DNA from: a virus
Lineage: Duplodnaviria > Caudoviricetes
Strand: one strand, 5' to 3'
Length of the DNA stretch: 24,175 nt
IMG/VR virus record: IMGVR_UViG_3300013120_000407
Coordinates: 1 to 24,175 of that record
A program made the position numbers and the translations under genes. A model generated the notes under the pieces. That model did no database searches. It was not told where the DNA came from and saw only the letters and a program-made list of their open reading frames with translations. Within the stretch, counting starts at the first letter, position 1, and each line of letters starts with the position of its first letter. Shown here piece by piece: positions 15,976 through 22,875 of this stretch.

Positions 15976-16689
15976 CTAGTCCTTGCCCTTGGACTTGCTG
16001 CCCTTGGGCCGCCCGGGCTTCTTCTTCTTCTTCCCGGGCTGGGCTGCGTTTTCCATCTCCTCCAGCCTTGCCTGGGCCCGCTCCGCCCGCTTGGGGTTGT
16101 TGGACCCGGCTGCAGCCTCGAGCCGTTGCCGCTGGGAATCCAGCAGCGCATCCACGATGTCCGGATCGGGGGGAGGGATGTACCCCTCTCGGACGAGGGC
16201 CCGCAGCCAGTCCCGATACCCATCGGTGTCCGACTTGATGATCACCTTTGCCCCGATCTGTTTCGGGGTCTCCCACACGGACATGTGGTGCTTGCCCGTC
16301 CGGTTCTCGCCGGCACGGACCTTGAAAGCCCGCACGTAGCTCGTACGATCGGGCATGGTCAACTTGATGGCATCGTGGGGTATCAGCGTCCGACCCTTGG
16401 CCTTGGCATCCATCTCCGCGATTTTCTTGCTGCCCCCCTCGGCAACGCCATCCACCCCGGGGTCCAGGCGCATGATCCCCAGCTGGGGCAACCACTCGCC
16501 GTCCATGCACGTCCAGCGGGCCTCGTGCCACCAGTAATAGAACGACGCGGCCGGATGCAGGTTTACAAGCTGTTCCCGGACCACGGGCTGGGTCGGCGGG
16601 ATTTCCTCGAACTGGGCGGGACCCGAGGATGCGGGGCTGGCGGCGGTAGCCTGTCCCGTGACCTCGTCCCTTTCGAACGTATGGGCCAT
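15976..16689 (-). CDS. Hypothetical post-capsid protein with Lys-rich AT-hook-like C-terminus (237 aa)
   Basis: Strong RBS GGAGGAGG; GC3-biased codons; C-terminal KKKKKPGRPKGSKSK. Confidence 0.8.
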   Translation of the reverse strand: MAHTFERDEVTGQATAASPASSGPAQFEEIPPTQPVVREQLVNLHPAASFYYWWHEARWTCMDGEWLPQLGIMRLDPGVDGVAEGGSKKIAEMDAKAKGRTLIPHDAIKLTMPDRTSYVRAFKVRAGENRTGKHHMSVWETPKQIGAKVIIKSDTDGYRDWLRALVREGYIPPPDPDIVDALLDSQRQRLEAAAGSNNPKRAERAQARLEEMENAAQPGKKKKKPGRPKGSKSKGKD

Positions 16690-16779
16690 GGTTTCCTCCT
16701 CCTGATTTCGGAAAGGTGGGGGCCCCCGCGGAGGAGGCTGCGGGAGCTCCCCGCGGGGACCGCCTCCCCGACCACGGAC
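16690..16779 (-). promoter_or_regulatory. GC-rich structured intergenic RNA with anti-SD after the capsid gene
   Basis: On the minus strand CCUCCUCC (16730-16737) is the perfect complement of the SD GGAGGAGG (16695-16702) and can alternatively pair with upstream GGAGGC (16762-16767). Confidence 0.5.
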
Positions 16780-17709
16780 CTAGCGGTCCGTGATGATCGA
16801 CACTCCGCGGCCGTCCTCGATCTGGACCACGCCGCAGAAGTAGTTGCCCACGATTTCGTTGTAGGCTCCGGGTTCGTCGTTGTCGAGTCCGACGAAAATG
16901 CTGGTGCCCGCGGGGTACACGCGTTCCCCGATCTGGACGATCTCCGTGGCTGCGAAGTCCGTGTATCCCACGGCCCCGCGTCCGAACATCCCGCCAGCCG
17001 AGTCCGCACCCGCGTTGGCGGTGGGGACCAGGGACGAACCGAAAATCGGAACACCCAGGAACGAGCCCTTGTAGCCCGGGCCCTTGATGTCCAGCATTTC
17101 CTGGGCATCGTCCTTGAACTGCATCGCGCCGGCCTCGGCACGGATGCTGTTCTGCAGGTCGGTGACCTGGACGGGGTACAGGACGCACAGGTACGGACCC
17201 GGGACGGACGCCTGGGTCAGCGTATAGTTCGCGTCCATGTAGTCATCCACCGCCAGGTCCACCGTGGTGGTTCCGACCGTGGCGGTGAAATCATCGGTGA
17301 TCCCCGCGATCATCTCCGTCAGCCGCATGCGCGCGGCCCCTACCATGTCCTGCGCCAGGCGCGGGATGTCCAGGCCAACGGTGTCCGTCAGCTGGGCCAG
17401 ATAGGTCATCTGGCGGCGGAGAGACTGGCGGGCGATCACAACCTGGGGACTCGCGTCCGTCAGGGCGGTAACACCCGTGTCCGCGTCCTCGGCAACGGCG
17501 GCCATGCGGTTGTACCCGTCCAGACCGGCCAAGCCGATCTCGAACGCGGTGCTACCCTGCTTTGCCTTGTTTCCGAGGTAGACGATCGTGGGATCGCCCA
17601 TGAGATCCGCGCGGTCCGCCAGGAGCAACAGCATTTCCTGGTGGAGGGCTGCGGCCAGGCGCAGATCACCCAGCCCCGAGTAGAGAAGTCCATTTGCATT
17701 GACGGCCAT
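16780..17709 (-). CDS. Major capsid protein (309 aa)
   Basis: Follows portal and scaffold; size; CVLYPVQVTDL...GSFLGVPIF and C-terminal GVVQIEDGRGVSI are typical of HK97-fold capsids. Confidence 0.88.
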   Translation of the reverse strand: MAVNANGLLYSGLGDLRLAAALHQEMLLLLADRADLMGDPTIVYLGNKAKQGSTAFEIGLAGLDGYNRMAAVAEDADTGVTALTDASPQVVIARQSLRRQMTYLAQLTDTVGLDIPRLAQDMVGAARMRLTEMIAGITDDFTATVGTTTVDLAVDDYMDANYTLTQASVPGPYLCVLYPVQVTDLQNSIRAEAGAMQFKDDAQEMLDIKGPGYKGSFLGVPIFGSSLVPTANAGADSAGGMFGRGAVGYTDFAATEIVQIGERVYPAGTSIFVGLDNDEPGAYNEIVGNYFCGVVQIEDGRGVSIITDR

Positions 17710-17790
17710 TGAAGGGGCCTCCCGTAGAACAGTGGTTCAGGCTTTCCGCCTTTTCCGCTGTTACGGGTGCGACCCGGGCGGGGATCTAAC
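17710..17790 (-). ncRNA. Candidate cis-regulatory leader RNA of the capsid gene (pseudoknot versus SD-occluding hairpin)
   Basis: CCGCC-CGGG-UCGCA-CCCG-UAACA-GCG-GAAAA-GGCGG versus CCCGUAACAG...CUGUUCUACGGG; pairings identified by eye. Confidence 0.5.
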
Positions 17791-17802
17791 GTGTACGCGA
17801 TC

Positions 17803-17832
17803 AGCCTACACGCGCGTTTGTAGAAATGACAA
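17803..17832 (-). promoter_or_regulatory. Sigma70-like capsid promoter overlapped by a TTGT-N7-ACAA box
   Basis: TTGTCA (17827-17832), 18-nt spacer, TAGGCT (17803-17808); palindromic box ttgtagaaatgacaa at 17818-17832 covers the -35. Confidence 0.6.
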
Positions 17833-18528
17833 CTATTTTCTGATGATCTGGTCCCGCTGGGCTTTGTATTCCTTTGTGGACATCGAAAGGATGGCATCCG
17901 CGGACAACGCGTCCGGGGCGGCCACCACGGGCTGGGCTCCCGCGTTGGGGTTGTGGGACGGCGGGCTGGGTGCTGCGGGTTGCGGCGGGGCCACGGTTCC
18001 CAATGCAGCTGCGGGGGCGGGGGCCGCTGGCGGGGGCGGAGCCGCTGGCGGGGGCGGGGCAACGGCCGGCGCAGGGGCCAGCGGCGGAGCCGCTGGCGGA
18101 ACTCCCACGGGCCCCATGGGAGCGGGGGCAACAGGGGCAGGGCCCGCGGGTTGCTGCGGAGCAAGGTGTGGCTGCAGCGATAGCGGGGCCTGCGTGGGGT
18201 CCGCACGCAACGCAGTCACCCACTCGGCCAGCTCGGGCCGCGCATCCTCCGGGATCCTCGAGTGTTCCCACACCATCAAGTCCACCAGCTGGGGATTGAC
18301 TCCCGCGGCCGTGATGGTCTGGTGTGCGTACAGGGTCCCCTGGGCGGCGGCCAGCTGTTGCTGGGCTGCGGCCAGCTGTTCGGCGGTCTGCTGGCCCTGC
18401 TGGACCTGCTGCTGGGCCGTGGCCAACGCGGTCTCCGCGTCCTGTTTCTGCTGGTTGACCTGGTCAAAGCGGTCCTTGGGTATGACGTTGTCAATCCCCT
18501 GGCTGCAATGTGGACAATTGAATGGCAT
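17833..18528 (-). CDS. Capsid scaffolding protein (231 aa)
   Basis: Between portal and capsid; VIPKDRFDQVN then Gln/Ala coiled coil, Pro/Ala low-complexity linker, terminal helix MSTKEYKAQR. Confidence 0.8.
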   Translation of the reverse strand: MPFNCPHCSQGIDNVIPKDRFDQVNQQKQDAETALATAQQQVQQGQQTAEQLAAAQQQLAAAQGTLYAHQTITAAGVNPQLVDLMVWEHSRIPEDARPELAEWVTALRADPTQAPLSLQPHLAPQQPAGPAPVAPAPMGPVGVPPAAPPLAPAPAVAPPPPAAPPPPAAPAPAAALGTVAPPQPAAPSPPSHNPNAGAQPVVAAPDALSADAILSMSTKEYKAQRDQIIRK

Positions 18529-18540
18529 GCGGCCTCCTCC

Positions 18541-18561
18541 AAAAAGCCCCGATCACGGGGC
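18541..18561 (-). terminator. Intrinsic terminator-like hairpin between portal and scaffold
   Basis: GCCCCG-TGAT-CGGGGC followed by TTTTT, then directly the SD GGAGGAGG. Confidence 0.65.
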
Positions 18562-18571
18562 GGCGGTTTTA

Positions 18572-20011
18572 TTACTGCGGCGGTTCCTGGCCTCGTATCC
18601 GATCCAGGTCCTCCTGGGCCCCCACCTCGTCCACCCCGGGGTTCAGGTACATGTACGCCTGAACGTCCGACATAAGCCGGCGGTCCATGAGCTCGATCGC
18701 GTGCTTTCGCCTCGAGTCCAGCTCCTGTGGCGACAGCGGGATTTCCCGGTAGACCACGGAATAATCCTTTTCCGGATACCGTGTCCCCGTCTCCCTGTTC
18801 AGCAGCATGGCGGACAGGGCCACCAGCTGGGCATCCGAGGGCCCGAACTGCGGCCCGAAGTGACGCTGGGCCGCCCGCTTTCCCTCGTTGGACATGGCGA
18901 TGGCATACCCGCTGCGTGCGGTCCCACCCAGCCGCTGGACGTCAGACTGGGGCAACCCCGCATCCTGACCCAGCCTCGTGGCATAGGATTCCAGGGCCCG
19001 CTGGGTGCCCTCCACATCCCCCGCGGTCTGGAACTGGCTGACAATGGGCTGGGCCTCGGGTTCCGTCCGCGTCAGGTGCAGCAGGACGGCGGGGTCCATG
19101 ACCACCTCGGACCGGCGAGCATCCCCGCTGGTGGGGATGTCCCCGCCCGCCACCATCGCGTCCACCGCATACCGCTGGGGCCAGCTTGCGGACCGTAGCA
19201 TGTGCAACCAGAAGGACCCGCCCGTGGCCAGGTTCAAGGACCCCTCGACAACCTCGATCATCTCGTAGGGGTCCCACAGCCGATCACCCGTGCGGGATGC
19301 GTGATAGACCACATAGGGAAGAACTGGGGCACCATCCTCGTCCCGGTACGGGTATCGGTCTGGGGCCTCCACCAGGTCCGCCAGGAACGTGGAGGACCAG
19401 TCCGCACCCACCTCGTCCCCGGACTCGGCCTCTCGGACCTCGTAGATGGGACGGGCCGGGTCCGAGATGTCCAGGACATCGAAGGTCCACGCGGGTTCCT
19501 TGGTCGCGGGATTGTACCGCATCCGTAGCTCCTGGATACGGACGGGGTCCATGGGGGAGTCCGTGGACGCCCTGGCCTGGATGTAGTCCGGAGCCACGGG
19601 CCTGTACCGCAGCCGCCCGCCCTGGTCCACGTGCGCGCGCACCAGGTACTCCCTGCATCCGATGGCCCAAGCCTGGACCCGGGCCATGGTGGACCACAGC
19701 CCGGACCGTGCTATCTCCTTTACCAGGCCCTTGGTGGCATCCCTGCCCAGCTGGTGGCGGATGTCCGGCTGCGTGGCGTACAGAACCGCCAGCTCCCGGC
19801 AGATGGTCCGGAACGGGTTGGAGGACATGTCCGCAGCACCCCACGCGTCCTTGCGTTGGGTGCCCACGGCCTTGCGGACGCGGGTTTCGATGTCCTCCCG
19901 CCAAGCCCCGTCCAGCATCCTGCGGCGGAGCCTGGTGTGCATCCAACGTTGCGATTCGGCGGGGTCTGAAGGGGTAGGGGGGGAAGTGAGCAAGGCGGAT
20001 GCTGTGGCCAC
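18572..20011 (-). CDS. Portal protein (SPP1 gp6-like, 479 aa)
   Basis: Follows the terminase; size; SSNPFRTICRELAVLY, LPYVVYH, ARSGYAI, DYSVVY...P motifs. Confidence 0.85.
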   Translation of the reverse strand: MATASALLTSPPTPSDPAESQRWMHTRLRRRMLDGAWREDIETRVRKAVGTQRKDAWGAADMSSNPFRTICRELAVLYATQPDIRHQLGRDATKGLVKEIARSGLWSTMARVQAWAIGCREYLVRAHVDQGGRLRYRPVAPDYIQARASTDSPMDPVRIQELRMRYNPATKEPAWTFDVLDISDPARPIYEVREAESGDEVGADWSSTFLADLVEAPDRYPYRDEDGAPVLPYVVYHASRTGDRLWDPYEMIEVVEGSLNLATGGSFWLHMLRSASWPQRYAVDAMVAGGDIPTSGDARRSEVVMDPAVLLHLTRTEPEAQPIVSQFQTAGDVEGTQRALESYATRLGQDAGLPQSDVQRLGGTARSGYAIAMSNEGKRAAQRHFGPQFGPSDAQLVALSAMLLNRETGTRYPEKDYSVVYREIPLSPQELDSRRKHAIELMDRRLMSDVQAYMYLNPGVDEVGAQEDLDRIRGQEPPQ

Positions 20012-20027
20012 GACGACTCCCGGCGAT

Positions 20028-20098
20028 GGTTGTCATTATCACAACCGTGGTACGATTGTGGGTTTCACAATTGTATCTATCACAATCCGCCGTGTCAT
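20028..20098 (-). promoter_or_regulatory. Portal promoter with three TTGT-N7-ACAA operator-like boxes
   Basis: Boxes at 20030-20044, 20056-20070 and 20071-20085; ATGACA (20093-20098), 17-nt spacer, TACAAT (20070-20075) on the minus strand; AT-rich island in a GC-rich genome. Confidence 0.75.
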
Positions 20099-21576
20099 CC
20101 CACACGAACCGTCCGCGGACGAACCACACGCCTGCGGAAGATGAACGGCCGCAAGGCATAGCGGACGGCGTCCAGCTGGTCCTTGTATTCCTCGGCCGGG
20201 CCGCCCTGCCATTTCTGCAAACACTCGATCGTGCGGGTACAGCTGGCGTCCACGTAGAACGCATCCGGGGTGATCATCCGGTCATTCAGCCACCGCACCC
20301 CCGCCCAGACGGATCCCCGCCCCGCACCCGTGCCCCGCTTGGCGGACCTGAACGCGGGCTTGATTCCCCGCCGTCTGCCCAGGGCCTTTTCTATCGCCTC
20401 GGTCAGCATGGCATTTGACTTGCGGGTGATGCGGCCCCTCGCGTCCGTGTACCGCTTGTCACCGTGCGCGTGGTCCAGCTGGTTCCACTGCACGCCCAGG
20501 GTGGACACGGACTCGAGGACCCCGCCCGCGTCCATCTGGATGGTGGTGGCCGCATTGGGGGCATACTCCCGCAAGATGAACACCCGGAGCCCGTGGGCCT
20601 CGGACGCTTCAACCGCCACCAGCACCCCGGCCGTCCGCAGCCGATCCTCCCCGTAATCCACCCCATAGGCCAACTGGACCTCCCCGCGGGGGCCCACGTC
20701 CGAGGACACCAGGTTGGGGACCACGTGCAGGTTCGGGTGGAAGTTTTCGAACACCGCGTCTATCCGGCCGTATTCCCACTCCCCGTGACAGCGGACAGGG
20801 CGGGCCCAGGACAGGGTGTTGGCGATCTCGCGGGCCACCCACGCGGCGTCCATGACCTCGCCGTTTTCCGACAGCAGAGGACGCGCGGACCCCACGGGGA
20901 TGAAATTCGCGGGTTCCATCCGATAGTGCATGTCCTCGACCTGGCCCGCCTCCACGAGCTCCCGCAACCACACCAGGTCCCCGGTGGTGGCCGGGGTCAT
21001 GGTGATGGCCAGCTCCCCGCCCGTCCGCCGCAGCCGCATTTGCAGCTCGCTGAACGTCTCCGCATCCCCGAGGGGTTCGTCTATCCAGATGCGGTGGACC
21101 GTGGCGGACGCCAAGTCCAGGTTATCCTGGCCGATCGTCTTGATTCGGATGATCGACCATCCGCCGGACTTGTGCCGGATTTCGATGGCCTTCTGGACCC
21201 CGGCAAACCCGGTTTTGGGTCGGAACGTCGTATCGGGGGCCAACAGGTGTTTGGGCAGCAGGGCCCACAGCTTGGCCTGGATGGCGATGGACTGGGACCA
21301 CGACTTGCAGACGATCCATTGCTCGGTGGGGACCTGGGGGACATCCCGATAGGGATGGACACCCATGGCATACCAGATGGTGTCCGCGCACCCCGCCCAT
21401 GTCTTGCCAAACTGGTTCCCTGTCCGGAGGAGTTTGAACCTAGCCAGGCATTCGAGAAACGCGCGCTGGGGAGGGGTCCACCGAACGTAGGCCAGCGGGT
21501 TGACAGCTGCCCGATCGGACAGCTCCACCACGGGGCCCAGAAACCCCGTCTCCGCGCTGGATGCAAGCTCGTACAC
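20095..21576 (-). CDS. terL: Terminase large subunit (493 aa)
   Basis: Adenine-binding PPQ, Walker A TGNQFGKT, Walker B IWIDEP, motif C TMTP, RNase H-fold nuclease YGVDYG and DQLDAVRYA. Confidence 0.95.
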   Translation of the reverse strand: MYELASSAETGFLGPVVELSDRAAVNPLAYVRWTPPQRAFLECLARFKLLRTGNQFGKTWAGCADTIWYAMGVHPYRDVPQVPTEQWIVCKSWSQSIAIQAKLWALLPKHLLAPDTTFRPKTGFAGVQKAIEIRHKSGGWSIIRIKTIGQDNLDLASATVHRIWIDEPLGDAETFSELQMRLRRTGGELAITMTPATTGDLVWLRELVEAGQVEDMHYRMEPANFIPVGSARPLLSENGEVMDAAWVAREIANTLSWARPVRCHGEWEYGRIDAVFENFHPNLHVVPNLVSSDVGPRGEVQLAYGVDYGEDRLRTAGVLVAVEASEAHGLRVFILREYAPNAATTIQMDAGGVLESVSTLGVQWNQLDHAHGDKRYTDARGRITRKSNAMLTEAIEKALGRRRGIKPAFRSAKRGTGAGRGSVWAGVRWLNDRMITPDAFYVDASCTRTIECLQKWQGGPAEEYKDQLDAVRYALRPFIFRRRVVRPRTVRVG

Positions 21577-22070
21577 TATTCGGCGGGGACCTGTTCGTCC
21601 GGCTTGTCCACCATGACTGGCTGACCACGCAGCCGGTCCTCACAAGCATCTTGCAGCTGTTCCACCAGGACGTCCGGCAATCCATCCAGCTCCGCCCGGA
21701 ACTTGCCCACCACGTCCCCGTCTGACGTGGCACGGCGGGCCGCCTCCTCCGCTTGCAGCGTCCGCGCTGCAATGCGCTCACGGATGGACTGTTCCTCCCG
21801 CAGGAAGTCCCGGGCAGCCACCCAGGACCCGGCGAGCTCCGCCTTGCGGCCCAGCCGTTTGGCCCGCTCCGCAGCCGCCTCGAGCGGGTCATCCGGGAGG
21901 GGCCGCGGGTCTGGGACATAGGGGGGATCGTCGAGTCCCTTGAGCTGGATCTCCTGGCGATGCAGCTGCGCAAGCGCGGACCAGGACCCAGCCTCCCGGG
22001 CCGCCCGGATGTCTGACCGCAGCTCCTTGATCTTGGACTTGCGGAGTCTCTTCTTTGGGTCCGCTTTCAT
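21576..22070 (-). CDS. Probable terminase small subunit (164 aa)
   Basis: TAGTG-coupled directly upstream of terL; helical; internal duplication AREAGSWSA / AELAGSWVA. Positional call. Confidence 0.6.
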   Translation of the reverse strand: MKADPKKRLRKSKIKELRSDIRAAREAGSWSALAQLHRQEIQLKGLDDPPYVPDPRPLPDDPLEAAAERAKRLGRKAELAGSWVAARDFLREEQSIRERIAARTLQAEEAARRATSDGDVVGKFRAELDGLPDVLVEQLQDACEDRLRGQPVMVDKPDEQVPAE

Positions 22071-22165
22071 CCTAACTCCGTGGATTCTTGGGTTTTTTTT
22101 GTTCGCTCACGCGAAAAATTCGACGGGAAACTAGCACCCGGGGTGATCGGCCCCAGACACACGGG
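22071..22165. other. Candidate packaging initiation (cos/pac) region
   Basis: Only sizeable non-coding gap upstream of the terminase genes; T8 and A5 tracts, CACCC-G-GGGTG dyad and GGGG-N7-CCCC. Confidence 0.35.
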
Positions 22166-22384
22166 TTATGGGCCTTTTTCGGGCAATTTCTTGCCGGTTT
22201 TGGCCTCTTTCATGGCCTTTCGGACGCATCGGATGATATGCCGTGTCCACTCCCCTTCCCTCCCGGGTCTGGTATAACGGGCCTCGGCCAATGACTTGAG
22301 CTCGGTTTCCACAGCTCTGACCTTGGCCTCCGCGTCCAACGCCAGCCGTTCCTCCCGCGCAATCAATTGCGCTTGCATCATCAT
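22166..22384 (-). CDS. Hypothetical basic helical protein (about 72 aa)
   Basis: ATGA-coupled to the upstream gene; coiled-coil-like N-terminus. Confidence 0.65.
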   Translation of the reverse strand: MMMQAQLIAREERLALDAEAKVRAVETELKSLAEARYTRPGREGEWTRHIIRCVRKAMKEAKTGKKLPEKGP

Positions 22385-22875
22385 CGACGACGACGGCGCT
22401 TCTTCGCCGCCTGCCGTTGCTTCTCGATCTTCAACAACCCAGGTCGGAGACGACGCAGCTCATCCAGCATCTTCTGCATCGTCGCCGTCCTCATCGCCCA
22501 CTTCGCGTGGTAGTTCGACACCCACCCCCACTCCGGGTGGCCCTTGGCCTTCGCCCGCCGAATCCCATTCTCCAGCATCTCCTGGTAGTACCCGTGTGCG
22601 ATGTCGTACGGACGCACCACAACGACGCCAGCGACATCCACCCACTCGTCCCCGCCTCCACCATCACCAGAGCCACGAACGCGGTCCTCGAACGTCTGGA
22701 GCTCCACCGGCAGCTTCGACTCCTTCTCCACGGGCGGGTGCTCCAACCCCTCCTCGCGATACCGCCGAAACAGGTACTCCAGCACCTTCCGCTTCAGACC
22801 GTACTCGATCCGAAGCTCCCGCTTCTGCCGCGAGCCCTCGTACCCTTTCCACTCGATTCGGAAGAACGTCTTCAC
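22381..22875 (-). CDS. Putative HTH DNA-binding protein (164 aa)
   Basis: Start re-called at GTG 22875 with GAGGAG upstream. YGLKRKVLEYLFRRYREEGLE resembles the GIS..T...W.RRYREEGL homeodomain-like HTH; Arg/Lys-rich C-terminus. Confidence 0.6.
   Translation of the reverse strand: MKTFFRIEWKGYEGSRQKRELRIEYGLKRKVLEYLFRRYREEGLEHPPVEKESKLPVELQTFEDRVRGSGDGGGGDEWVDVAGVVVVRPYDIAHGYYQEMLENGIRRAKAKGHPEWGWVSNYHAKWAMRTATMQKMLDELRRLRPGLLKIEKQRQAAKKRRRRR

Noticed and set aside
20030-20085. Boxes as Rex, CRP/FNR or lac operators
   Set aside because: The half-site TTGTGA is similar but the spacing differs: these are 15 bp end to end, Rex is TTGTGA-N6-TCACAA (18 bp) and CRP is TGTGA-N6-TCACA. The regulator is left unassigned.
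5837-21624. Other long plus-strand ORFs (5837-7975, 8789-10621, 15463-17712, 17699-19198, 20464-21624) and many short alternative-frame ORFs
   Set aside because: They overlap well-supported minus-strand phage genes, show no recognisable motifs, and are expected in high-GC DNA.
22381-22875. IS element suggested by the RRYREEGL motif
   Set aside because: No DDE catalytic domain, terminal inverted repeats or target duplication; the gene is coupled to its phage neighbours.
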